A stretch of DNA of 64,000 nucleotides from an uncultured Acidobacteriota bacterium (GCA_963794955.1 CAWCGF010000003.1:125985-189984), one strand, 5' to 3'; numbered from the stretch's first letter, positions 40,867 to 50,816 are shown. Program-made: numbers and translations. The notes: generated from the sequence alone by a model not told the origin.

Positions 40867-41447
40867 AAAAACATGAAGCGGTAAGAAAAATCATCAACGG
40901 TTAGACTCGAATTTAATAGCGCCGCAGACATCTCAAGCACTGTTAATCGAGCATCTGGGCGACCAAATTCATTAAGCTTATAAAGTTGAATCGTTATAGT
41001 TGCTCTATATTGGTCTTCGGGTGTGGCTTGATAGTTAGGTTTCAATTCGCCTGTTAGGGCATCAAAGAAAAAGTAGCGGTTAAATTCGTATTCGATTTCA
41101 TCCGGCTTAAGCAGCGCTTCATCAAATCTTTTGCCTTTCGCGCTTTGACACCTATCACAACAAGCAAAAAGATTTTCCCACTGATAGACCAAGCACGGGT
41201 ATGATTCTTTCGGACGAAAGTGTTCGATCGTTTCTCTGATCTGCGAACGCATTGGACAACTATCACAAAAAGAGCAGTGCTTCTTGGTCATTACTAGCAA
41301 TAACTCAATCAAGGGTGAATAAACCTTCTTACGCCATTGAAACTCATGTTTTGGGTTTTGCAATCTCTTCTGCTCATATTCTAGTCCCCAGTCTTCCCAG
41401 TTTTGAATAAGAACGGCTGGAGGCTCAGGGCGCTGGAGTTTCATCAT
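40863..41447 (-). CDS. HNH (His-Me finger) endonuclease, PtuB-like (194 aa)
   Basis: Treble-clef cysteines CSFCDSC ... ACCDRC flank H (IEHFRPKE) and N (YQWENL). The gene is low GC. Its stop overlaps the purK start (ATGA), and its start overlaps the ATPase stop (ATGA). Confidence 0.65.
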   Translation of the reverse strand: MMKLQRPEPPAVLIQNWEDWGLEYEQKRLQNPKHEFQWRKKVYSPLIELLLVMTKKHCSFCDSCPMRSQIRETIEHFRPKESYPCLVYQWENLFACCDRCQSAKGKRFDEALLKPDEIEYEFNRYFFFDALTGELKPNYQATPEDQYRATITIQLYKLNEFGRPDARLTVLEMSAALLNSSLTVDDFSYRFMFL

Positions 41448-42751
41448 AGCTCGTAGTTTGTGCCTTTGATTTTATTTATTTGCTTAATCTCAAGAGAAAT
41501 GATGCTAAGTAATTCTTCGCTTTGCTGGGCCAATTTCTTGCCTCGTTGAATGAATTGTTTTTTATTAATAGGTTTGCCCCGTAAGATGTGGTCACGTTGT
41601 TGTTGGAATTTGTCTAGCTCATCTTGTGTCTCGCCGCCAAAAGACTTTTCAATATCAAATACCTCACGCAATACGGAACGATAACTTGCCGAAGATTTTG
41701 ATTCAGTTACTTCGCCAAGATAGGCTTTCCCCTCTTTTATCTTTAGCTCATAGATTGCTGCGCCATCTACGGAATTAACAACAAATGGAGAATGGGTCGT
41801 AAGAAAGATTTGTGCACTGGGAAAAAGCTTTTGCACTGCTGGCAAAATTTTTCGCTGCCAAGCTGGATGTAAATGCACTTCAATCTCATCGAGAAATAGG
41901 ATGAGATTGAGCGGCTCACCATATTCCCAGGGTACTAAATCTAACCTCATTAATAAATCGCCAATCCAGCTAATGGAGGAGCGTAAGCCATCAGGAAGCA
42001 CATCGAAATCAAGTTCGGTATTGTTGGCAAGTAGAACTAACGTAAGCGGAGATGTTTTTAGAGCAAATTCAACTTTATAGCCTGCGATTTCAGAGATGGC
42101 AGTTTCTAATCTGGCAATCAAGGTGGCGAATTTTTCCGCTAGGGGCTGATTACGCTTTTCCTTCTCTAAAGCTCGCTTAGAAATATTATTAGCGATCCAT
42201 TGATTAATAGTAAATGAACTGTTTGCTTCTTTAATAAAATCTAGCGCATCACTGAAAGGGCTGTATTTAATCTCTTGGATTGCATTTACATTTGCAGCTC
42301 GTATTAACCTATATCCAGAATATGCCGCAACAAAAAACTCAGTATGGGGGGGCCAGCTAGCACGCTGACGGTAAGCTTCAATTGAACTGTTGGAACTAAA
42401 CTCGCTCAAGTCAATGGATCTTGTAAGCATTTGTGAGGTTTCCTCAACGGAGTCGTAAACATTTACTTTTACGTCAGCTCCTTCATCAAATACACTGCAA
42501 AGCTTAGGTTGTTTTCTCTCTACATCCAACTTTCGAAATCTTTTTATAAAAGCATTATTAGCGTTAGGATTTGTAAAGTCATCAGCCTTGCTGAAAATGC
42601 TAGCTAGGGCGTGCAGCACTGTGGTCTTCCCACTTCCATTAGGCCCCGTCAGAATATGAATTTCAGCCTTACCGCTTTCTTGTGGCTTAAATTCAAATTC
42701 AACCTCATCAAAGGGCCCAATATCTTTTAGGTAGAGTTTTCGTATGCGCAT
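41444..42751 (-). CDS. ABC-type (AAA_15/AAA_21-like) ATPase, PtuA-like (435 aa)
   Basis: Walker A is LTGPNGSGKTTVL. Walker B/D-loop is LILFLDEIEVHLHP. The H-loop is LTTHSP. A long coiled-coil-like insert lies between Walker A and Walker B. The gene is low GC and starts 8 nt after the purE stop. Confidence 0.7.
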   Translation of the reverse strand: MRIRKLYLKDIGPFDEVEFEFKPQESGKAEIHILTGPNGSGKTTVLHALASIFSKADDFTNPNANNAFIKRFRKLDVERKQPKLCSVFDEGADVKVNVYDSVEETSQMLTRSIDLSEFSSNSSIEAYRQRASWPPHTEFFVAAYSGYRLIRAANVNAIQEIKYSPFSDALDFIKEANSSFTINQWIANNISKRALEKEKRNQPLAEKFATLIARLETAISEIAGYKVEFALKTSPLTLVLLANNTELDFDVLPDGLRSSISWIGDLLMRLDLVPWEYGEPLNLILFLDEIEVHLHPAWQRKILPAVQKLFPSAQIFLTTHSPFVVNSVDGAAIYELKIKEGKAYLGEVTESKSSASYRSVLREVFDIEKSFGGETQDELDKFQQQRDHILRGKPINKKQFIQRGKKLAQQSEELLSIISLEIKQINKIKGTNYEL

Positions 42752-42759
42752 AAGCCAAT

Positions 42760-43257
42760 CTAGCTAAGTGTATCACTTAAAACTTTATTCGTTTGTTCAT
42801 GGCGAAATTGGTTTAGCTTTTCACGCAACTCAGGACGCGTGTTGGAAAGAATGGCTACGGCTAACAATGCCGCATTCGTCGCACCCGCTTGTCCGATAGC
42901 CACTGTGCCGACCGGAATTCCCGCGGGCATTTGCACGATAGACAAGAGCGAATCCAGCCCGCTCAAGGCTTTGCTTTGCACCGGAACACCGAGCACCGGC
43001 ACGGGTGTTTGCGCCGCGACCATGCCGGGCAAATGAGCCGCGCCGCCTGCGCCGGCAATGATGACTTCGAGGCCGCGTGCTTCGGCTTGGGCGGCGAATT
43101 CGGCCAAGCGCAACGGCGTGCGATGCGCGGAAACGATTTTGCATTCGTGCGGCACATCGAATTTGGTCAGCATTTCTGACGCCAGCCTCATCGTTTCCCA
43201 ATCGGATTTGCTGCCCATGATCACAGCGACGAGCGGGTTTTCAGTTTCGGTAGTCAT
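42760..43257 (-). CDS. purE: N5-CAIR mutase
   Basis: The motifs [14 protein letters not shown] and [12 protein letters not shown] are conserved. Confidence 0.9.
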   Translation of the reverse strand: MTTETENPLVAVIMGSKSDWETMRLASEMLTKFDVPHECKIVSAHRTPLRLAEFAAQAEARGLEVIIAGAGGAAHLPGMVAAQTPVPVLGVPVQSKALSGLDSLLSIVQMPAGIPVGTVAIGQAGATNAALLAVAILSNTRPELREKLNQFRHEQTNKVLSDTLS

Positions 43258-43289
43258 CTGAAAGAAACAGGAGATTACGAAACAACGGA

Positions 43290-43375
43290 AAAAATCGAAA
43301 CATCTCGGAAGATGGAAGGCAATCTACATATTTTCTGTTTATTCCATTTATTCCGAGATGTTCCGTAATCTCGTC
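43290..43375 (-). terminator. Long imperfect hairpin with U-tract downstream of icd (minus strand)
   Basis: The minus strand reads GAGATTACGGAACATCTCGGAA-loop-TTCCGAGATGTTTCG followed by ATTTTTTCC. The structure also lies upstream of purE. Confidence 0.45.
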
Positions 43376-43383
43376 TTTGATCT

Positions 43384-44809
43384 CTAAGCGGAATATCCAG
43401 CTTTGCCGTCGAAGTTGTACAGGTTTTCGGTCTTGATGTAATCAAGCCCTGCGCCCGACACGCGATTCAACAGGCTGGCGATTTGTTCGTGCTTGACGTT
43501 GCCTTCGCCCGTGAAGCGGCAGCGCCAGTGATCGGAGCAGAACGTTTCCGGCGAGCCATCCGGCCAGACTTTCGTGCCGCGATTGTTCAGCGTAGCGAGC
43601 TTCAATCCTTCGCCGCTGAGCGCAGAAAGAATCGTGCTCAAATCGTTGGCGGAACCCGCTGTCCAATCCAGGTACACGTCCACACCGACCAGTTCTTTTT
43701 TCTCCGGCGTCGGCGTGCTGATTTGACCGAGCTTCGATAAATCCGCCGCTTTGTATTCTGCCGCTTTGAGCGTTCTCAGGCTTTTGACCGAGACGCGCAA
43801 CAACGGCTTCAGCGAATTCTTTGGTGCCGACTTTTTGTTTGCTCACGCCTTCGGTGTAAATGTCGTAGGTATGAATGCCGTCTTCGAGCGTCTTCATCCA
43901 GGCGTTGTGCGCAAGCGCGGCTACGTCGGGTTGTCCGATGTGAACAAGCATCAGGATTGCGCCGAGGAACAAGCCGGACGGGTTCGCCAAATTTTGCCCG
44001 GCACGCCGTGGAGCCGAGCCGTGAATGGCTTCAAACATCGCTACGTTTTCGCCGATGTTCGCGGAACCAGCGAGGCCAACCGAACCGGCGATTTGCGCGG
44101 CTACGTCAGAAAGTATGTCGCCATACAGATTCGGCATTACGACAACATCAAACGCTTCGGGCGTGTCGGCGAGCTTGGCTGCGCCGATGTCTACGATCCA
44201 GTGATCGGCTTCGATGTCTGGATATTCGGGCGCGATTTCATCAAACACGCGATGGAATAGGCCGTCGGTCTGTTTCATGATGTTGTCTTTCATGAAGCAG
44301 GTGACTTTCTTGCGGTTGTAATTGCGCGCGTACTCAAACGCATAACGCACGATCTTTTCGGAACCGGGACGCGAAATCAGCTTCAGGCACGCTTCGACTT
44401 GTTGCGTTTGGCGATACTCAATGCCCGCGTATGTGTCTTCTTCGTTTTCGCGGACGATGACAACATCCATGCCAGGATGTTTGGTATCAACGAAGGGATG
44501 ATAGGCGACGCACGGGCGGATATTGGCGAATTGTCCGAACGTTTTGCGCACCGTTACGTTCAGTGATTTGTAGCCGCCACCTTGCGGAGTCGTGATCGGC
44601 GCTTTCAAAAACACTTTCGTGCGGCGCAGCGATTCGTACGCTTCCGGCGCAATGCCAGCGGTGTTGCCGGAAAGGTACACTTTCTCACCGATTTCAATGG
44701 TTTCAATGTCAATGCGCGCGCCTGCGGCCTGAATTATATGGAGCGTCGCCGCCATAATTTCCGGGCCGATGCCGTCGCCATGCGCTACGGTAATGGGTAC
44801 GTTTGCCAT
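43384..44809 (-). CDS. icd: NADP-dependent isocitrate dehydrogenase with a C-terminal extension; apparent frameshift near 43790-43810
   Basis: ORF 43442..44809 is a clear dimeric IDH up to ...EFAEAVVARLGQK, then reads as nonsense. ORF 43384..43803 continues in another frame with a plausible C-terminal domain (KAAEYKAADLSKLGQ...DHWRCRFTGEG...). The switch is at an A4 run (caaaag). Confidence 0.75.
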
Positions 44810-45068
44810 AATGATTTTAGTAATCCCTTTCTCTCAAAAGTGAACAGTAAAGTGCAGTTGTTTGGAAATCCTGAAGGATTGCAAAGGCGAGATTTCACCA
44901 CAAAGTCACGAATTGCACAAATGATTGGGCGGCGGCAGCATCGCTGACGTTCTATCGCACAATCGGTAGCGCAGCATTTGTGAGATTTTTCGGGTTCGCC
45001 ACCGCATATTTTACAGTATGCACAGCACCTATAAGGTGAGAGTCGTTATGCTATAATCCGCCGCCACT

Positions 45069-48000
45069 ATGGTTCGGATCTCTCCTTCGTCCCAGTTCTG
45101 CTTGCGGCAGAGCAACTTGTTACTCATCCTCATTTGGCTGGCACTGCCTGTCTGGGCGCAGTCATATCATTTCGATCATTGGACAACCGACAATGGCTTA
45201 CCACAAAACACCATCCGTAATATCGTACAAACACGCGATGGATATTTATGGATGACAACTTTTGATGGCTTAGTACGTTTTGACGGCGTCCGCTTTACGG
45301 TATTCGGTCATGACAACACACCAGGTATCGTTAACAATCGCTTCTTTTTCATCCATGAAGGCTCCGACGGTACGATTTATGCGGGGTTCGAAATGAACGG
45401 AATAACGGTATATCGCAACGGGCGTTTCAAGTCCTACACGCCAGCGAATGGCTTTCCCGCCGGAGAGATTGGGGGGTTGTCAGAAGATGTCAATGGCGAA
45501 ACACTTATCCGAGTCAACCGTGATCTACGCAGTCATTTCTATTATCTACGCAACGATCAGTTTATTCCGGCTCCACCCGAATATCAGTTCAGCTCCGATA
45601 AAAAATTTGCTGGGTCCAAGGGGCGTTTTTGGGTAGCAGATCGCAACGGCATCATCTTACAAGAAGGCGGCAAAACGTCTCGATATCCACTTCGTTTTCA
45701 GGCCAAATCCATTGATGCTGAGGTCAACTTATACGAAGACCGCGCGGGCGGTCTATGGATCGGCGATTTAGCTCAGCTTTATTATTTGCAGAATGGCCGT
45801 CTAACGCGTTACGGGGAAAAAGAGGGATTCCGCTCTAAGTTGTCAACCTCTGCTCACTCCCTGATCGCGACGGAGTCAATTCGTAATTTCTGTGAAGACG
45901 CCGAAGGAACTCTCTGGTTTATCTTAGGTTGGCACCGCCGAGAGGACAATCGGCTGGCTTACATGAAAGATGGTCGCGTGACAGTCTTCAGTCCAGAAGA
46001 TGGCTTCCCCTTAACGGATATTGGAACAGTGGTCGCAGATCAGGAAGGTGCCGTCTGGGTTGGCACCTCCGTCGGGCTATTCAGAGTACGCAGGCAAATC
46101 ATCACAGCGTATTCAACCGAACAAGGGTTAGCGGGCAAAGAAACGTATCCGCTCTTGCAACGGCGGAATGGGGACATTTTGATCGGGACAATGCAAGGCC
46201 TCAGTCGCTTCCGTGAGGGCAAATTCAAAACCATCCTGCCTGCCCCTCTGCCCCAATGGAATATAGGGGCAGCGCAAGCGTTATGGGAAGATGCCAACGA
46301 TAATATTTGGCTGGGTGTACTCGGCGGTTTGGTGCGCTTCGAAAATGGAAAAATCAAAGAACAGCTATTATCCGGGTTCAGTACCACTAACGCTATTGTC
46401 CCGGATCACACCGGGAATCTTTGGGTCGGGGCGCAAAACGGTTTGTATCGTCTCGTCAATAATAAAATTGTCCAACATTACACAATCTCTGATGGGTTAC
46501 CGAATGACGACATAAAAGTTATCCGTGAAACTCGCGATGGGACGCTTTGGATTGGCACCTATGGCGGATTGGCGCGGCTCAAAGATGGCGCCTTTACAAA
46601 GTGGGATATCGCTGATGGTTTGCCGAGTGACCGTATTCGTGCCTTGTACGAAGACGCTGATGGAGTGCTTTGGATCGGCACCTATGATGGCGGATTAAGT
46701 CGCTTTCATAATGGCAAAATTTTTAACTACACAACAGAAACGGGATTATTCAACAATGGTGTCTTTGCCATCTTGGAAGACCTGCACGGCAATTTTTGGA
46801 TCAGTTGCAATCGTGGCATTTATCGCGTCAATCGCCATGAATTAAATGAGGTTGCTGCCGGAAAAAGCGCGCGCGTCAACAGCATCACGTATGACAAATC
46901 GGATGGCATGCTGAACGTAGAGTGTAACGGTGGACGCCAACCCTCTGCACTGATTGCTCGCGATGGAAAGTTTTGGTTCCCTACCCAAGATGGTGTAGTC
47001 GTGGTTGATCCATCAACAATTCCTGCTAATTCACTGCCGCCTCCCATCCAAATCGAAGCGGTTTCGATTGATCGGACAGTTCTCGGCCTGGATGTCTTGC
47101 AAACCATTTTGCGTGATCCTTCCGCCGCCATCACGATTCAGCCTGGCCAAACCACCCTTGACATCAGTTATACCGCACTGAGTCTAACCAAATCTGACCT
47201 TATTCGCTTTCGGTACAAACTGGCAGGATTAAGTGACGAATGGGAAGATGCCGGATCACGGCGCGTAGCTTATTTCTCTTATTTGCCGCCAGGGGATTAC
47301 ACCTTTCACGTCATCGCCGCCAATGCGGATGGGGTTTGGAATGAAATTGGCAAAACGTTAAAAATAAAAGTTATCCCTCCCGTCTATCGTCGTTGGTGGT
47401 TTTTGGCGCTGACCGCTGGCACAATCCTGGGATTGTTTATCTGGGGTTACAAATATCGCATCAAACAATTAGAGCGTGAACGCGACCTACACCAGAGATA
47501 TGCCCGACAACTTGTGGATGCTCACGAAGGTGAACGCAAACGCATCGCGGTTGAATTACACGACGGTCTAAGTCAAAGCCTGGTCATTATTCGTCAACGT
47601 GCGACGATTTGCTTACAAGCAAAAGACGATCCGCTACGCCAACAAGAGCAACTGGAAGCCATTTCTGAGGCCGCCACTGCGGTCATTGATGAAGTGCGCG
47701 GAATCGTTTATGACCTTCGTCCGATACAGCTTGATTTGCTCGGCTTAACCAATTCACTGCACGAGTTACTTGATAAAATCAGTCGGACGCATCAGTTACC
47801 CATTGAGCGGGATTTGACAGAACTCGCAGAGCAGCTATCCCCGGAAATCGAAAATAATTTATACCGCATCGTGCAGGAAGCACTGAACAATATCGTACGT
47901 CATGCACACGCCACTCGTGCGAGTATTGCCTTACATCGTAATGAAGATAAACTACTGTTGACTATCGCAGATAATGGCTGTGGCTTTACTCTTGATACTT

Positions 48001-48158
48001 CACGCGATTTAATACGCAGTACAGGATTAGGTTTGACCAGCATGCGTGACCGCGTCCGTGTCCTGAATGGTGATTTACAAATTGAATCAAGCCCAAACAA
48101 TGGAACAACTATAACGATACAAGTCCCGTTACTGAACCAACAGCCTCAAGCTATATGA
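45069..48158 (+). CDS. Sensor histidine kinase with periplasmic two-component-regulator beta-propeller repeats and Y_Y_Y domain, HisKA_3 dimerisation domain and HATPase
   Basis: The signal/TM is followed by a repeated propeller motif (LWIGT..GL.R). After a TM helix come HisKA_3 (HEGERKRIAVELHDGLSQSL) and the HATPase_c N/G boxes (RIVQEALNNIVRHA, DNGCGF, GLGLTSMRDR). Confidence 0.85.
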   Translation: MVRISPSSQFCLRQSNLLLILIWLALPVWAQSYHFDHWTTDNGLPQNTIRNIVQTRDGYLWMTTFDGLVRFDGVRFTVFGHDNTPGIVNNRFFFIHEGSDGTIYAGFEMNGITVYRNGRFKSYTPANGFPAGEIGGLSEDVNGETLIRVNRDLRSHFYYLRNDQFIPAPPEYQFSSDKKFAGSKGRFWVADRNGIILQEGGKTSRYPLRFQAKSIDAEVNLYEDRAGGLWIGDLAQLYYLQNGRLTRYGEKEGFRSKLSTSAHSLIATESIRNFCEDAEGTLWFILGWHRREDNRLAYMKDGRVTVFSPEDGFPLTDIGTVVADQEGAVWVGTSVGLFRVRRQIITAYSTEQGLAGKETYPLLQRRNGDILIGTMQGLSRFREGKFKTILPAPLPQWNIGAAQALWEDANDNIWLGVLGGLVRFENGKIKEQLLSGFSTTNAIVPDHTGNLWVGAQNGLYRLVNNKIVQHYTISDGLPNDDIKVIRETRDGTLWIGTYGGLARLKDGAFTKWDIADGLPSDRIRALYEDADGVLWIGTYDGGLSRFHNGKIFNYTTETGLFNNGVFAILEDLHGNFWISCNRGIYRVNRHELNEVAAGKSARVNSITYDKSDGMLNVECNGGRQPSALIARDGKFWFPTQDGVVVVDPSTIPANSLPPPIQIEAVSIDRTVLGLDVLQTILRDPSAAITIQPGQTTLDISYTALSLTKSDLIRFRYKLAGLSDEWEDAGSRRVAYFSYLPPGDYTFHVIAANADGVWNEIGKTLKIKVIPPVYRRWWFLALTAGTILGLFIWGYKYRIKQLERERDLHQRYARQLVDAHEGERKRIAVELHDGLSQSLVIIRQRATICLQAKDDPLRQQEQLEAISEAATAVIDEVRGIVYDLRPIQLDLLGLTNSLHELLDKISRTHQLPIERDLTELAEQLSPEIENNLYRIVQEALNNIVRHAHATRASIALHRNEDKLLLTIADNGCGFTLDTSRDLIRSTGLGLTSMRDRVRVLNGDLQIESSPNNGTTITIQVPLLNQQPQAI

Positions 48159-48793
48159 TAGAAGTACTGATTGCTGACGATCACCCGCTCTTGCGACAAG
48201 GATTACGTCAAACCCTCGAAGCCGATGACTTTCGCGTTATTGCTGAAGCCAGCGACGGACAAGAGGCGCTTGACTGGCTGGAGCAAAGACAACTATCCAT
48301 CGCAATACTTGATGTAGACATGCCGAAGTTGAATGGGTTCGCCGTTGCACGCGCCATCCGCGAGCGCCAATGGGAGATGAAAATAGTTTTCCTCACGGTG
48401 CATCGTGAAAAGGCATATGTACAACAAGCACTCAAATTAGGGGCGAGCGGGTACGTGCTGAAAGACAGTGCGATCACCGATATTGCAACTTGCCTGCACA
48501 CGATATTAGCAGGCGGAACATTTTTCAGCCCACTGCTAACCAAATACCTGAATGATGATTTCGCAGGGAGCGCACCAGTCGCACAACAAGATCTGTCACA
48601 GTTGACCGTCAGTGAGTTGCAAGTGCTGAGGTTGATCGCTGATTACAAGTCCACGCGGGAAGTTGCGGAAGTGCTATTTATCAGCCCCTCCACGGTTGAA
48701 ACCCATCGCAAGAATATCTGCCGCAAACTCGGATTACGAGGCAGCCATGCCCTGATTAAGTTTGCGCTGACTCACCTTGACAAGCTGTCCTGA
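48155..48793 (+). CDS. NarL/FixJ-family response regulator (REC + LuxR-type HTH)
   Basis: The REC motifs are IADDHPLLRQGL and D55 at ILDVDMPKLNG. The C-terminal HTH is LTVSELQVLRLIADYKSTREVAEVLFISPSTVETHRKNI. The gene overlaps the kinase stop by 4 bp. Confidence 0.9.
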   Translation: MIEVLIADDHPLLRQGLRQTLEADDFRVIAEASDGQEALDWLEQRQLSIAILDVDMPKLNGFAVARAIRERQWEMKIVFLTVHREKAYVQQALKLGASGYVLKDSAITDIATCLHTILAGGTFFSPLLTKYLNDDFAGSAPVAQQDLSQLTVSELQVLRLIADYKSTREVAEVLFISPSTVETHRKNICRKLGLRGSHALIKFALTHLDKLS

Positions 48794-48812
48794 TTCTCAC
48801 TATAAAATTCTA

Positions 48813-48834
48813 AAATACCCAGTACTGGGTATTT
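48813..48834. other. Perfect 22-bp palindrome AAATACCCAGTACTGGGTATTT just after the response-regulator stop, at the left edge of the AT-rich island
   Basis: Terminator-like stem without a U-tract; alternatively a protein-binding site. Confidence 0.4.
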
Positions 48835-49183
48835 ACCCCAAAAAGCGTTTTCGATAGAGTGTCGTTGTCTTTTGATGTTCGTGAATCAGTAACAGCTTGC
48901 ATTTTTTCTGTTACCGATTCACCTGGAAGATAAGTATGCTTTGGCACTGCCTCTTTTGCCAGGCGATCACTCGGATGGGCTTCACCACTACTACCCCATT
49001 CTTGAGTAACATCCAAATTAATACGTAAGAGCCTTTATGGTTTGCGTAAGGGACGCACCACCAAAAGCGCTCAGCACGACGACAGAGGTACTCGTCTGTC
49101 TGAGCATTTGTGACTAAGGTTCCTAAAACTTTAAGAGCGTAGATAACGGCTTCCATGGTCGTTATCACAAGGAAAATTTCGGC

Positions 49184-49912
49184 ATGCAGTTCGTTCCGAA
49201 TAAGCTGATTGTAGGTCAGACCTGGACGCTAGTTATAAGCGGACTGATTAGCCTGTTTTTCATCCCCGTCACGCAGGCTGGCAATAAACAGAGCAATGGA
49301 TTGATAAAATTTGATTATGCAATAACAGAGGATGCCGACAGCTTATATCTTTCCGCTACGATTCATTCGGCGAATGCCAAGGCCTTTGCCACATCGGCGA
49401 TGATTGAAATTCTCGTCCCCAACGGAACAGGCATTAAGGTGGCTGATGCGGCTCCTATTAATATTAATCCAAATGATGCGACAAGTAGCAAACTTGTCTG
49501 GAGCAGCAAGTTGCCAAAGGACACAAAGATTCCTGCCAATTCATTGGTGAAAATTACAACCAATGTGGCCACAGTTGCGACCATCGCGCTGAAATACCAA
49601 GCCGCCTGCCGCTGGAGCGAAATGGAAGCAGGGTGGAAGGGGGAATGGCGGCGGCGGTTTCAAGACCCCGATACTTTTGATGCGATTTGGACCACCGCAG
49701 GTCAAAAACCGATTACTGCTGAACTAATCATTACGCGTAATGGCAATCAAATCAGCGTCAGTAAAAAAGAAGCTTCAGACGGATCTAACTGTGAATACAG
49801 CGGTGTTATACGCAACGGTGGCAGGACCGTAAAAGGAACCTACACCTGCAAACAAGGGAATCTTGGGCGGGAAACTGAATGGACGGCAACGATTGGTGTT
49901 CACTGCCAATAA
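49184..49912 (+). CDS. Secreted protein with a conserved ~105-aa four-cysteine C-terminal domain (copy A)
   Basis: A signal peptide is followed by the C-terminal domain CRWSEMEAGWKGEWRRRF...DAIWTTAGQKPITAELIITRNGNQISVSKKEASDGSNCEYSGVIRNGGRTVKGTYTCKQGN...EWTATIGVHCQ. The domain is shared with 50301..50816 and 52867..54444. Confidence 0.6.
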   Translation: MQFVPNKLIVGQTWTLVISGLISLFFIPVTQAGNKQSNGLIKFDYAITEDADSLYLSATIHSANAKAFATSAMIEILVPNGTGIKVADAAPININPNDATSSKLVWSSKLPKDTKIPANSLVKITTNVATVATIALKYQAACRWSEMEAGWKGEWRRRFQDPDTFDAIWTTAGQKPITAELIITRNGNQISVSKKEASDGSNCEYSGVIRNGGRTVKGTYTCKQGNLGRETEWTATIGVHCQ

Positions 49913-49928
49913 GAGCCAGGAGACATTT

Positions 49929-50150
49929 ATGATTAAAAATATGATGGTTAGGATTTTCGCCGGATTAGTGGCGGTTTCATTATTAGGCGTTGTTTCGTTT
50001 GCCCAGACTCAGCATATTTTCTATCGCGGAACCGACGGCAACATTAACCACATTTGGTATGACGGCACTATCCATCGTGACCAATGGACAGTAGCCGCCA
50101 AAGCGCCCCTTACCGCAGGTGATCCGGCAACGAAGGCGATGGGACATTAA
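49929..50150 (+). CDS. Small secreted protein (73 aa), paralog of 54538..54747
   Basis: The signal peptide is MIKNMMVRIFAGLVAVSLLGVVSFAQT. The mature part is QHIFYRGTDGNINHIWYDGTIHRDQWTVAAKAPLTAGDPATKAMGH, about 70% identical to the paralog. Confidence 0.5.
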   Translation: MIKNMMVRIFAGLVAVSLLGVVSFAQTQHIFYRGTDGNINHIWYDGTIHRDQWTVAAKAPLTAGDPATKAMGH

Positions 50151-50300
50151 CAGCAAAAATTCCGTAGCACCGAAAGAAGAAATCGTAAGGCCATTAGAGT
50201 AATTATTAGCTTGGCAGTTGCAATTACTGCTCACAACTTAACCTCACGGGTGCAGGCCGATCCCTACGATCTGCTCCGTTATACCAAAGGAAACCTCACA

Positions 50301-50816
50301 ATGCTTACAGTATCAAAACCATTTATTACACGTGTGCTGGACCTCTTACTGCTGGCAGGGATCGTATCCGCAAGTTTCATCAGCAGTGACGCACGAGTCC
50401 GTCCCGCTTCATTGATAGCCAAATCTCCTCTGAGTCTCACCACAGCTCTTCCTTTAGAGGGTGATTGTGAGTGGAAAGAATCCGAACTGGGATGGACGGG
50501 GCAATGGGTTCGCTATGACTCAGACTGGAAGCAGGGGGTACACTTATATACTGCTAGTTGGACGAAAGATGGTCAGCAAGATGTTTATGCTGTCCTTACC
50601 ATTACCATCACCGGGAGTTCAGTCAAAATCCATAGAGAAAATAAAGACCTTACCACCTGTGCTTATACCGGTACGTTAAGTGCTGACCGTAAGTCCGTCT
50701 CTGGCAACTATTCTTGTAGTAATAATGCAGGTCAGTCCTACAGTTGGTCTGCGACCATCAAGGGTGGCTGCTTTGAACTACCTCAAAAGCCAAAAAGACA
50801 ACCAAAAAGTGAATGA
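50301..50816 (+). CDS. Secreted protein consisting essentially of the four-cysteine domain (copy B)
   Basis: A signal/TM (MLTVSKPFITRVLDLLLLAGIVSASF) is followed by CEWKESELGWTGQWVRYDSDW...SWTKDGQQDVYAVLTITITGSSVKIHRENKDLTTCAYTGTLSADRKSVSGNYSCSNNAGQSYSWSATIKGGC. Confidence 0.55.
   Translation: MLTVSKPFITRVLDLLLLAGIVSASFISSDARVRPASLIAKSPLSLTTALPLEGDCEWKESELGWTGQWVRYDSDWKQGVHLYTASWTKDGQQDVYAVLTITITGSSVKIHRENKDLTTCAYTGTLSADRKSVSGNYSCSNNAGQSYSWSATIKGGCFELPQKPKRQPKSE

Noticed and set aside
43258-43383. Purine or ZTP riboswitch upstream of purE
   Set aside because: The structure is a single long hairpin with a U-tract that is best explained as the icd terminator. No conserved ZTP (pfl) or purine-riboswitch junction motifs are present.
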